IMG/VR virus record: IMGVR_UViG_3300037420_001937
Coordinates: 1-36,644 of that record
Origin: a virus
Lineage: Duplodnaviria > Caudoviricetes
DNA length: 36,644 bases
Strand: one strand, 5' to 3'
A program made the position numbers and the translations under genes. The notes under the pieces are model-generated. The model made no database searches. It saw nothing but the letters and a program-made list of their open reading frames with translations, and was not told where the DNA came from. This document shows positions 7,549-15,808 of this stretch, piece after piece (positions within the stretch are counted from its first letter, which is position 1; each line of letters starts with the position of its first letter).

Positions 7549-8744
7549 GTACTAGATGGGTCACCCGGGTCCCGGATCGCGCCAGCGTCGATCCCCGGAT
7601 CCTCGCCCTCTCGGCCCCGGACCAGAACATGCTGCTGGTGCTCGAGGGCCGATGCAAGGGCCGGTGCTACTGCCGCGTCTCCAACGAGGAGCTGAGAGAC
7701 GCCATTGGGATCTCCCGCAGCGGCCTGGCTGTCATGCTCCGCCGCATGGAGGAGGCCGGAGTCATCCATCGCGTGGTCGCCGGCCGGAAGACGGAGCGCC
7801 TGGGATTCGTCCTCCGCTGCCGCTTCGACCCCGAGCGTCCCACGGCCGATGACCCGGCCTCAATCCGCGCGGCCACCGAGGCGCTCGAGGCGGCCTCGTC
7901 CAGAGAGGGCTCGCGAGGCTCGCGCAGGGCGCTACAGAGTGGGCCCTGCAGGGCGCTACAGAGTGGGCCCTGCAGGGCGCTACAGAGTGCGCCCTCTCCT
8001 ATTGAAGAGTCGTTGTCGTTCGAAGAGAGATTCTCTGAAGAGGGAAATTCGCTCGAACCACGACGACGACCCCAGACGGCCGACCCGGTGGTCGAGCAAC
8101 CTCCACCACCACGGCCCGAGCAGCCCCGGCCCGACGTCTCGCGGATCCCGCGGGAGGAGCCTTCACCCTCAACCCCCCCTCCGCCGCCCCGGGAGGATCC
8201 CGCCCCGCCGCCGGTCGCGGCGGACGGGCTCACCGAGGGCCAGCGGGCCTGGCTGGCGACGCTCGGCCCCGAGCAGCGTGCCCGGCTGGACGAGTTGCCG
8301 GCCAAGGCCCGGACCCGGCTGCTCGAACCGCACCGCGCCGGGGTCAACCCCTGCCCGATCCTCGCCGGCGTCGCCGCGCGGGAGCTGGCCCCACGCCAGG
8401 CTCCTCCTCCGCCGCGGGTCGCCGCGACGGCCGCCGAGCTGGTCCGGCTGCTGCCCCGCGACCCCGATCCGGCCCTGGTTCCCCAGTGCGTCGGGGCCAT
8501 CATGCTCGAGCTCGAGGACAAGGGTCTCGTCTCGGTCCGCTCCATCGAGAAGCTGTGCCGGGAGGTCACAGCCGGGATCAGGCCGGTCGAGAGCCTCACT
8601 GTCCCGCTCGAGAAGACCCGGGCCGCCGCCGAGAAGGGTACGCGGTTCAGGTCCGGGCCGGCGGCCTACTGGATGACGTCCGTCGCGAACTACGACCGGG
8701 AGCGCCTCGGGGGCGCAAACACCGGCCGCCGGGTCCAAGTGTGA
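7545..8744 (+). CDS. Replication initiator (N-terminal winged helix, internal iterons)
   Basis: SNEELRDAIGISRSGLAVMLRRMEEAGVIHR; lambda O-like architecture with in-gene repeats. Confidence 0.75.
   Translation: MSTRWVTRVPDRASVDPRILALSAPDQNMLLVLEGRCKGRCYCRVSNEELRDAIGISRSGLAVMLRRMEEAGVIHRVVAGRKTERLGFVLRCRFDPERPTADDPASIRAATEALEAASSREGSRGSRRALQSGPCRALQSGPCRALQSAPSPIEESLSFEERFSEEGNSLEPRRRPQTADPVVEQPPPPRPEQPRPDVSRIPREEPSPSTPPPPPREDPAPPPVAADGLTEGQRAWLATLGPEQRARLDELPAKARTRLLEPHRAGVNPCPILAGVAARELAPRQAPPPPRVAATAAELVRLLPRDPDPALVPQCVGAIMLELEDKGLVSVRSIEKLCREVTAGIRPVESLTVPLEKTRAAAEKGTRFRSGPAAYWMTSVANYDRERLGGANTGRRVQV
7924..7995 (+). repeat. Three tandem 24-bp iterons (probable replication origin)
   Basis: GCAGGGCGCTACAGAGTG(G/C)GCCCT x3 with AGGGC/GCCCT dyad; AT-richer stretch 7996-8050 follows. 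Confidence 0.85.
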
Positions 8745-8785
8745 GAGCTTACCCCGGCGGCCGGTGACAGGTCCAACTCCGCTCA
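8715..8785 (-). ncRNA. Predicted antisense sRNA (copy 2 of the 30-bp repeat)
   Basis: Minus promoter TTGACG(8819-8814)-17-GACAAT; 14-bp perfect stem 8720-8733/8753-8766 with CTCTCACA loop, then TTTG. Confidence 0.5.
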
Positions 8786-8871
8786 ACCCGATTGTCCGGT
8801 GACATTATGTCCACGTCAACCAGGTCTTGCAGACTAACCGACACGCGGCCCCCGAGAGGGTCGTCGTGCCA

Positions 8872-8942
8872 TGCCTCCGCGTGGGTCTCGAACCCACCCT
8901 CGCTTTACGAAAGCGGTGCTCTGCCGATTGAGCTACGGTGGC
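8872..8942 (-). tRNA. Degenerate tRNA-Thr(CGT)-like sequence, probable attP
   Basis: GCCACCG TA GCTC AATCGGCA GAGC A CCGCT TTCGTAA AGCGA GG GTGGG TTCGAGA CCCAC G CGGAGGC A; short variable loop, extra G, A-A acceptor mismatch, no CCA. Confidence 0.75.
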
Positions 8943-8959
8943 ATGGCGTCACGGGTTAC

Positions 8960-8988
8960 ATCCTAGTCACCCTCTCCGTGATCGTCAA
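8960..8988 (-). promoter_or_regulatory. Sigma70-type promoter facing the tRNA-like element
   Basis: TTGACG-17-TAGGAT; same TAGGATGT as the 3894 promoter. Confidence 0.7.
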
Positions 8989-9101
8989 CCTCATGCTCCG
9001 GTTGGGCGGGGTCCGGAGCGGGAATCGACCCCCGCTTTTTGGGGTATATTCCCCTTACCCCCGCCCCGCCTTTTCTACCCACCAAAACGGAGCGATACCG
9101 C

Positions 9102-10025
9102 ATGGCTGCGATCGCCTACCCGACCTTCCAGCGCAGGCTGCTCAAGCTCTACGAGCCTCCCCAGCGGGCCCCGAAGACCTTCGGCCGCATGGCCCATGTG
9201 CTGACGCTCGTCGGGGCATTGGACGATCCGCTCGTCCGCACGACCGAGGACCTGACCCAGGATCTCGTGTCGTCGTATGTGTGCTCGAGGACGGTCCGGG
9301 CGAACACCGTGCTCGGGGAGCTCGGGTACCTCAAGGCCGCCTGTTGCTGGGCGGAGGACGAGGGGTACCTGAGGCAGAACCCGTTCCGCGGCAAGCGGAA
9401 GAGCCCGACCGCGTGGATCCGTCCGGAGCCGCCCCGCCAGAAGCCCTGGCACCCCCATGCCGACCTGGTCCGGCTCCTGGCCTACCTGGAAACCCAGGCG
9501 GGCGACTGGCAGGGACACCGGCTCTACGCGCTGACGTGCCTGGTGGCGCTGACGGGCCTGAGGCGCGAGGAGGCCCTGCACGTCCAGCTCGAGGACATCG
9601 ACTGGTCGTATCCCGTGCTCCGCGTCATGGGCCGCCGCCGGCTGAAGACCTACGACAGCGCGGCGCCGGTCCCGATCGCCGGGCAGCTGGACGAGGTCCT
9701 GCGGTCCTGGCTGCCCCATGCTGGTCCCCTCTGGCTGTTCCCGGGCGTGCGGCGGACCAGTCCCTGGGTGTACGCCGCGAACGGGTACCGGCCGCTCGAC
9801 CGGCTCGCCCGGGCCGGCGAGGCGGTCGGGATCCAGGGTCTCACGTTCCAGAGTCTCCGGCACAGCTGGGCGACCCATGCCGAGAGCAACTGGCAGCTCC
9901 GCGATGCGCTCATCCAGCGTTGCCTGCGGCACACGACGCCGATGACCTCGAAGCACTACAAGCACGCCGACCTGGTCAACCTCGTCGCCGCCGTGCGGCA
10001 CATCGGCTACCGGCCGAGTGCCTGA
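9102..10025 (+). CDS. int: Tyrosine recombinase/integrase
   Basis: GGAG RBS; TGLRREEAL (R), LKT (K), QSLRHSWAT (HxxR with H to Q), LRH, KHY (catalytic Tyr). Confidence 0.93.
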   Translation: MAAIAYPTFQRRLLKLYEPPQRAPKTFGRMAHVLTLVGALDDPLVRTTEDLTQDLVSSYVCSRTVRANTVLGELGYLKAACCWAEDEGYLRQNPFRGKRKSPTAWIRPEPPRQKPWHPHADLVRLLAYLETQAGDWQGHRLYALTCLVALTGLRREEALHVQLEDIDWSYPVLRVMGRRRLKTYDSAAPVPIAGQLDEVLRSWLPHAGPLWLFPGVRRTSPWVYAANGYRPLDRLARAGEAVGIQGLTFQSLRHSWATHAESNWQLRDALIQRCLRHTTPMTSKHYKHADLVNLVAAVRHIGYRPSA

Positions 10026-10043
10026 GTTCGGTCACTCTCGCCT

Positions 10044-10076
10044 CTCCCCTGCCCTTCCCCCCCGGGGCAGGGGAGC
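10044..10076. terminator. Hairpin between convergent int and RHH genes
   Basis: CTCCCCTGCCC/GGGCAGGGGAG inverted repeat; no U tract. Confidence 0.45.
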
Positions 10077-10132
10077 GCCCTCCCGCCTTCGCCAATCCGC
10101 AGACCTTCGGCGGATTTGTTAACGCAGCTTGC

Positions 10133-10474
10133 CTAGGCTGCCGATTTCGTCTTGGGAGCGAAGAGCGACCGAAGGTCTGTCGGCAGCGTCGGCAGGGTGA
10201 CTCCCTTCAGAGCCGGCGCGATCAATTTGGCCACCAGGTCGCACTCTTCGATCCCGAGGCTTTTCGCCGCGATCTCGACCTTGCGCGCCAACCGCTCGTC
10301 GAAGCTCCACGTCTTCTTGACCTTGCGGATGACTTTCTTCCCGGACGGCGTGCCGGCCTGGTCATCGCTCGGCACGCCGTCCGGCGGCGTCGACAGCTCG
10401 GTCTCCGCGGGCAGAGCCGGATTGCCGGCCTCGGGCGTCAGTTCCTCGTCGCCCCGTTTCTCTCGTCGGGCCAT
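10133..10474 (-). CDS. Second RHH/CopG-like regulator (113 aa)
   Basis: GGAGG RBS; KVKKTWSFDERLARKVEIAAKSLGIEECDLVAKLI. Confidence 0.7.
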   Translation of the reverse strand: MARREKRGDEELTPEAGNPALPAETELSTPPDGVPSDDQAGTPSGKKVIRKVKKTWSFDERLARKVEIAAKSLGIEECDLVAKLIAPALKGVTLPTLPTDLRSLFAPKTKSAA

Positions 10475-10698
10475 TGCCCGGTCCTCCCAGCATCGGGCCA
10501 TCGTCGCGCCGTGACCCACGGTTGGTCGCGGTCGCTACTCTCCTCATCGGCGCGCCGTCGCGCCGGCTTGCGTCCGACCGCCTACGCGGCCCCAGGAGCG
10601 ATCCTGGCCCGGAGACGGCCGTTCCCCCGCCCAAGCCCCCGATCGCCGCGGAGCCGGCCTCTGCGGACGCCGTCGGCCCGTTGCCAGGGAGGTGCCTT

Positions 10699-11148
10699 AT
10701 GAGCACGCGAAAGCGACCGTTCGTCCTACCTCCAGACTTCGACCCGGACGATCCGGAGGAGCTGGTGAACCTTCGGATCCGGCTGCTCGACGAACAGTTT
10801 GAGTTGCGTCGTCAGCAAGACGAAGCGTGGAGAGGGCGGGATCACTGCGCCAAGCACAAGCCCGAGGAATGGACTTACGAGGTGATGCTCCAGGCGGCCC
10901 GGGCCACGTACTGGAACGAGCTCACGGTTCCGACGAGTCACCGGGCCGCGCTGGTGCAGCTGGTGAACTACGCGCTCTGTGCCCTGGAGTCGCACGACAT
11001 CCGTGCGGCCCGGGCCAGGGCGGAAACCACGGAGGGTTCCGGCGATGGAGTGGCTGCGGATGTGGCTGGAGCGGTGGCGGCGGCGGACCCAGCTCGAGAT
11101 GGCGCACCTGATGGTCCGCCGGGCGGAGTTGGCGCTGCTGGATTGTGA
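10699..11148 (+). CDS. Hypothetical protein
   Basis: GGAGG RBS, ATG 10699 (MSTRKRPFVLPPDF). Confidence 0.7.
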   Translation: MSTRKRPFVLPPDFDPDDPEELVNLRIRLLDEQFELRRQQDEAWRGRDHCAKHKPEEWTYEVMLQAARATYWNELTVPTSHRAALVQLVNYALCALESHDIRAARARAETTEGSGDGVAADVAGAVAAADPARDGAPDGPPGGVGAAGL

Positions 11149-11296
11149 CGAGGTCGAGGTTGCGGCGATCGTGCGGCTGGCGTGGAAGATCCGGGCCAAC
11201 GGCGGGGAGCGGCGGGCCCTGGCCCTGATCCTGCTCCGCGACGACCTGGACGCGATCGCGCACGGCAAGGAACCGGAGATCAGGAGGCGCGCGTGA
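11045..11296 (+). CDS. Hypothetical helical protein
   Basis: GGAGG RBS, MEWLRMWLERW; GTGA coupling downstream. Confidence 0.6.
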   Translation: MEWLRMWLERWRRRTQLEMAHLMVRRAELALLDCDEVEVAAIVRLAWKIRANGGERRALALILLRDDLDAIAHGKEPEIRRRA

Positions 11297-11568
11297 ACGA
11301 GTTCGACGTCCCCATGGACCTGGCCAGCTGCCCCGTCTGCCGCTGCCTGGTCTGCCTGGTCCGCTACGTCGACAGCCGCGGGGCCGTCCCCTGGGACCCG
11401 CGGTTCCTGCACCGCAGATTGGCCGTGTCCACGATCGGGATCCACACCTGGGCCGACTGGCTTGAGGCAGGCCAGCGCTGGGGGCTGTGCTACGACCGCC
11501 CCCACGAATGTCCGCCCGACGAGCTGCCGCCGGCGGTGGAGGGGAGCCATGCGATCAGGATCTACTGA
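11293..11568 (+). CDS. Hypothetical Cys-rich protein
   Basis: AGGAGG RBS; CPVC...HEC. Confidence 0.65.
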   Translation: MNEFDVPMDLASCPVCRCLVCLVRYVDSRGAVPWDPRFLHRRLAVSTIGIHTWADWLEAGQRWGLCYDRPHECPPDELPPAVEGSHAIRIY

Positions 11569-11863
11569 GAGGCGCAAGACTGGACCGCGCATCGTCGTGC
11601 CTGATGCGGTCATCCCTCATTGGGCAAGGAATGGCGTTCTGTCCGAGCAGCAGCTCCGGCGGCTTTGGTTTCTGACCGAGGGCGGAATCCCCAATCGGGC
11701 CGACCAGGTCACCGCGAAGGAGATCGGCCGCGCTACGGCATTCTGCGTGGAAGGGGACTCGGCATGGCGGCGGATCCGGCCGACCAGCCACGACATCGCG
11801 ACCGGGGTCAGCGAACCGGAGCCGAGCGAAGCGCAGGAAAACGCCCCCTCGCCTCGTCCCTGA
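11549..11863 (+). CDS. Hypothetical protein
   Basis: GGAG RBS; last gene before convergence hairpin. Confidence 0.55.
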   Translation: MRSGSTERRKTGPRIVVPDAVIPHWARNGVLSEQQLRRLWFLTEGGIPNRADQVTAKEIGRATAFCVEGDSAWRRIRPTSHDIATGVSEPEPSEAQENAPSPRP

Positions 11864-11873
11864 GGCAGGGGGC
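11838..11873 (-). terminator. Terminator at convergence of late and early transcripts
   Basis: GCCCCCT(C)GCCTC/GAGGCAGGGGGC stem followed by GTTTT on minus. Confidence 0.6.
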
Positions 11874-11903
11874 ATCCGATCGGACGTTCAAGTCAGCCTA
11901 ACC

Positions 11904-12218
11904 CTACGGGTTGCTCACGGTCAACACGTCCTCATCCGAGGGCGGAGTTGCGCCCTTCTGCCGGCATGGTACGCAGTCGGGGGGGGGCGGGGGTGCCGCC
12001 GGCGGCCGGGTCCCGAGCGGGATCCGCGGCTTGCGGGCCCGCCTGGCGGTCTTCATGCGCTCGAGGTGCGCGCGGACCGCGTCGGGATCGAGGTGCCGGG
12101 TGGGCCAGCCGGCAATCGCGCTGGCGTGCCTGGAGGCGAGGAGCAGGGTGACCCCGGTCGACCCCTCAGCGCAGCAGCAGAGGGGGAATCCGTGCGGGCA
12201 GTCACAGGTGCGCGTCAT
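11904..12218 (-). CDS. Small Cys-rich protein at end of tail operon
   Basis: ATGA overlap; CDC, CCC, CVPC motifs. Confidence 0.6.
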   Translation of the reverse strand: MTRTCDCPHGFPLCCCAEGSTGVTLLLASRHASAIAGWPTRHLDPDAVRAHLERMKTARRARKPRIPLGTRPPAAPPPPPDCVPCRQKGATPPSDEDVLTVSNP

Positions 12219-13003
12219 GGCTCGGTGATGGTGATCGTGTCGCCGGCGGCGTAGAGGGCGTTCGCCACTGGCCAGGTCCAGGTGATCGAGAGCTTGGTCG
12301 TAATGTCGGGCACCGTCAGCGCCGTCACGTTGAAGGTCCCGACTGTCGTGCCGCCGATCGTCGTCAAGATCTGCCGCTGCGAATCCTGCATGACCCAGAA
12401 CGGGCTCGCGCCGGGCGCGGACGTCCAGTCGTCGTTAAAGTTGGCGCCCTGGACGATCGTGCTGGTGCCGTACCGCGAGTCGTTCACGTTCAGGGTTTTC
12501 GCGATCGGGTAGCTCGACGATGTGCCGGTGTTGTCGTGGTACATGGCGAACCAGCACCGGAAGCCGGTCGCCGCGTTGAGCGTGTAATTGACCGTGTTCG
12601 GGCCGCCGTTCACGAGCTGCGTTGCGACGTAGGTGGCGACCCTGGTGCTCGCGGGGGTGATGATCAGGGTGAGGTTCTGGCTGGTGCCGCTGACGGCAAG
12701 CGAGATCGGCCCGTAATTGCCCACCGAGTCGGTGGTGCCCGAGGCGAGCTCCACGCCGGTCGCGGGATCCCGGAACGAGAGGCTCGCCTGGATCCCGAGC
12801 GTGCGGAAGAGGATATGCCAGCAGCCGCGTACGACGCCGCTGATGGTCGCATTTCTGAAGCCGCCGCCGGCCCCGCCGAAACTCCAGAGATCCCGGACGC
12901 CGGTGCGGAGTCCGGCCACGTCCTGCTCGAGCTGGAGCACGCGATCGCCGTCGACGTTGAGCCGGCGGATCAACTCTCGCAGCTCGGCCTGGAATGGGGT
13001 CAT
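12215..13003 (-). CDS. Distal tail / receptor-binding-type protein
   Basis: N-terminal coiled coil, Gly linker, Ig/carboxypeptidase-regulatory-like beta domain, Thr-rich beta C-terminus. Confidence 0.65.
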   Translation of the reverse strand: MTPFQAELRELIRRLNVDGDRVLQLEQDVAGLRTGVRDLWSFGGAGGGFRNATISGVVRGCWHILFRTLGIQASLSFRDPATGVELASGTTDSVGNYGPISLAVSGTSQNLTLIITPASTRVATYVATQLVNGGPNTVNYTLNAATGFRCWFAMYHDNTGTSSSYPIAKTLNVNDSRYGTSTIVQGANFNDDWTSAPGASPFWVMQDSQRQILTTIGGTTVGTFNVTALTVPDITTKLSITWTWPVANALYAAGDTITITEP

Positions 13004-13004
13004 G

Positions 13005-13133
13005 TCAGCGGCCCTGGGCATCCCGGAGCTGCTGCCGTAGCGACCGCACCTCCGCCTCGAGCGCGGCGATCCGCCGCGCCTGCTCCTGTTCGCGGGCGAT
13101 CGCCGCGCGCAGCTCGGCCCATTCGGGACTCAT
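13005..13133 (-). CDS. 42-aa coiled-coil protein (not in ORF track)
   Basis: MSPEWAELRAAIAREQEQARRIAALEAEVRSLRQQLRDAQGR; ATGA overlap, GGAGG RBS. Confidence 0.7.
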   Translation of the reverse strand: MSPEWAELRAAIAREQEQARRIAALEAEVRSLRQQLRDAQGR

Positions 13134-15808
13134 GGCTCACCTCCTCCCCCTTGATCGAACCCGAAGAACTCCGCCGGCGACGTCGGCGCCCCGACCGAGC
13201 GCAGGTAATCCCCGGGGTTGGTCGGGATCCCCGAGAGGTCGGCCTGCCCCAGCTCGGTGGCGTTGCCCGTCGACAGCCCCGCTCCGGTGGACGCCGCCTG
13301 CTGCGCTGCCAGCCCGGCCTCGAGCGCGGCGTGGCCCTCTTCCGTGGCTCCGAAGCTGAAGAACCCTTCGGGAAGCCCCACCGGCAGCCCGACCTGGGAC
13401 GGCCGGTCGAAGGCCTCGCCCGAGTAGTAGGCCCGCCGGTTCGACAGCCCCAGCGTGGTGACGTAGGACACGCCCGACGGCCCCTCTTGGTAGGCGAGCG
13501 AGCAGCGCGCGATGGGGATGTTGGCCGACTCCCACCCGCTGGTGTAGCCGTTGCCCGGCAGGCTCACGGTGTGGCCCGGGGTCAGCGCCGCGGCGAGCAG
13601 GCCCTGGTAGGGCACGTCCCCCTCGACCACGGTGTCCTTGACCGAGTCCAGGACCTCCGACGCCCAGAGGTCCATGTTCGCCTGGTTGCCGTAGTCCCGC
13701 CACTCGTGGCAGGAGATGACCTTGGTCTCGGTGATGTTCTCGGCCGAGTGGGCGGTGCCTGTGTACTGAGGCACCCCGCCGACGTCGGCCGGCCAGGTCG
13801 CCGTCAGGATCCCCACGGCGATCGGCAGGAACAACTGCACGTCGTCGGCGGGGAGGGGGGTGACGCCGTCGGCCGAGAAGACGAGCGCGGTCGGCTTGGC
13901 CAGCACGATCGAGTTGCCGTCCGGGTCGATCGAGGCGATGCCGACCGCCAGCTCCTGGTACGGTGGGTTCCCGCTCGCGCTGTAGAAGACGGTGGCCTGG
14001 GCGTCGGTGACAAGGATCTCCGATAGGCTGTTGCCCCTCCGGAACGGGGTCGGGTAGGGAAAGGACTGCTGGACCTTAGCCGCGATCGCCGCGTTGGAGA
14101 GCTTGTACTTGCGGTACACGACGCCCGCCCCCCCGCCAGTGCCGAAGAGCTGGCAGCTGCCGTAGGTGAGCGCGGGGACGGGGTTGTCGATCGTGAGGTT
14201 GCACGTCCCCCCCGGAGAGAGCGACGTGTTGGCGAGGATCCGCGCGGGCCAGCGTTGCTGGACTCCGCTGATCGAATCGGAGTAGAGCAGGATGTTGCCC
14301 AGGTGGCCGCTCGACGTCTGGTCCCAATAGTTCGCCGGCCACTGCACGGTCGCGTCCGCCGGCGTGAGGGTCACCGTGGTCGTGTTGGGCTCGGTGCAGG
14401 TCCCGATCACCGACTGACCCACGCCGGGGGCCGTCAGCAGCACCGTCGGTGCGGTCGTGTAGCCGGTGCCGCCGGCGGTGACCGTGATGGACGTCACCTT
14501 GCCCGAGGTCAGCGTGGCCGTGGCCGTGGCCCCGGAGCCGCCGCCCCCCGTGATCAGGACCGAGGGGGCGGAGGTGTATCCGTACCCCTGATTGCCCACC
14601 GTGATGCCGCTGACCGCCCCGCTGGCGATCGACGCGGACGCGGTCGCCTGGCCGCTCGTCTGCCCCGGCTGGTTCCAGTCCGCGGCGGTGAAGTCGGCTT
14701 TCGCCTCGGAGTTGGTCAAGCCGTCATGGGCGAAGTCCTCCTGCAAGCCGCCGTCCGGAGCGCTCGAACCGCTGAACGGTACCTGGCCGAACGTCTGCCC
14801 CTGAATCAGGGCGCTGCCGCGGATCTGCACCCGGCTGGAGCACTCCGACCAGTCGCGGGTCAGCGTGGGCTTGGGGACGCGGCTATCGCTCCCGTCCAGG
14901 GTCAGCGTGATGTCGTTGGCGTAGGTCCGGGGGTCGTAGAACCGGATATCGCCGTTGGGGTCGACGTGCAGCCAGTGGTTCGGGTGGTAGACCTGCACCA
15001 TCGCCTCGAGCGCCTGGAGGATCCGTTCGCCGGCGACCGTGACCCGCTGCGGGGGGATCACGGCCAGGGCGTCGAGATCGCCGAGCGTCGTCGCCGGCAG
15101 CCGGCTGAACAGGACGACGGGGGCTGATGTGTACCCGCTGCCGACGGCGGTGACCGTCACCCCGGTCACCGCGCCACCGGCGACGGTGGCCGTGCCGGTC
15201 GCCCCGCTCCCGCCCCCGCCGCAGAAGAACACCGTCGGGGCGGTCGTGTACCCGCTTCCCCCCGCGGTGACCGTCACCCCGGTCACCGCGCCACCGGCGA
15301 ACGACGCTGTACCCGCGGCCCCAGTGCCCGCGCTCGTGTAGTTGCCGATCCCCTTGGCCGAGAGCGCCGCCGCGTTCTGGCTCATCTCGAGGACGTCGGC
15401 GACGATCTGCGCGACGGTGCGGCCCGCCCTCGAGGGGATGTAGGCCCGGCCGTCCGCCGGCGACAGGTTGTAGGTGATCGTATCAGTGAGCGTGTTGCTG
15501 TCGGTCACCGGGATCCGGTGGGCGCGCTGGATCAGCCCCAGGGCCGTCCACTCGCGGACCCAGCCGGCCTGGTGCTCGTCGAAGTGGGTGAGCACGCGGG
15601 CGGTGTCGCCGGCGAAGATCAAGGTCGATCCCTCGGTCACCGTCACCGTCTGGTTGTTCCAGGCCGGCATGTCCTGGAGCCGTCCGCCCTGGATGCTGAA
15701 CCGGAAATAGGGTACGACGCCGCGGCCGAACAGGTCCCCCCCATACAGGGTGAGATCGTAGTTCGCGCGGTTGATCGTCGTGCCGCCGATCGTGAGCGTG
15801 GTGGCCAC
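13130..15808 (-). CDS. Large tail tip/hub protein (892 aa) with Gly/Thr repeats
   Basis: Follows tape measure; four VT.TA.GSGYT.AP.V repeats; hub-like ILQALEAMVQ..HWLHVDPNGDIRFYD. Confidence 0.8.
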   Translation of the reverse strand: MATTLTIGGTTINRANYDLTLYGGDLFGRGVVPYFRFSIQGGRLQDMPAWNNQTVTVTEGSTLIFAGDTARVLTHFDEHQAGWVREWTALGLIQRAHRIPVTDSNTLTDTITYNLSPADGRAYIPSRAGRTVAQIVADVLEMSQNAAALSAKGIGNYTSAGTGAAGTASFAGGAVTGVTVTAGGSGYTTAPTVFFCGGGGSGATGTATVAGGAVTGVTVTAVGSGYTSAPVVLFSRLPATTLGDLDALAVIPPQRVTVAGERILQALEAMVQVYHPNHWLHVDPNGDIRFYDPRTYANDITLTLDGSDSRVPKPTLTRDWSECSSRVQIRGSALIQGQTFGQVPFSGSSAPDGGLQEDFAHDGLTNSEAKADFTAADWNQPGQTSGQATASASIASGAVSGITVGNQGYGYTSAPSVLITGGGGSGATATATLTSGKVTSITVTAGGTGYTTAPTVLLTAPGVGQSVIGTCTEPNTTTVTLTPADATVQWPANYWDQTSSGHLGNILLYSDSISGVQQRWPARILANTSLSPGGTCNLTIDNPVPALTYGSCQLFGTGGGAGVVYRKYKLSNAAIAAKVQQSFPYPTPFRRGNSLSEILVTDAQATVFYSASGNPPYQELAVGIASIDPDGNSIVLAKPTALVFSADGVTPLPADDVQLFLPIAVGILTATWPADVGGVPQYTGTAHSAENITETKVISCHEWRDYGNQANMDLWASEVLDSVKDTVVEGDVPYQGLLAAALTPGHTVSLPGNGYTSGWESANIPIARCSLAYQEGPSGVSYVTTLGLSNRRAYYSGEAFDRPSQVGLPVGLPEGFFSFGATEEGHAALEAGLAAQQAASTGAGLSTGNATELGQADLSGIPTNPGDYLRSVGAPTSPAEFFGFDQGGGGEP
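15147..15300. repeat. 37-bp exact intragenic repeat, 117-bp period
   Basis: 15147-15183 equals 15264-15300. Confidence 0.9.

Noticed and set aside
7924-7995. 24-bp repeats, and the 29-, 30- and 37-bp repeat pairs, as CRISPR mini-arrays
   Set aside because: No regular unique spacers, at most two separated copies, no cas genes
8872-8942. Fully functional phage tRNA supplementing translation
   Set aside because: Short variable loop, extra base before the acceptor 3' strand, A-A mismatch and no CCA
8792-10702. 636-aa ORF and other long Arg/Pro/Gly-rich or antisense ORFs (e.g. 15518-17560, 24704-26500, 12536-14026)
   Set aside because: Shadow frames of real genes in GC-rich DNA, with no motifs or RBS
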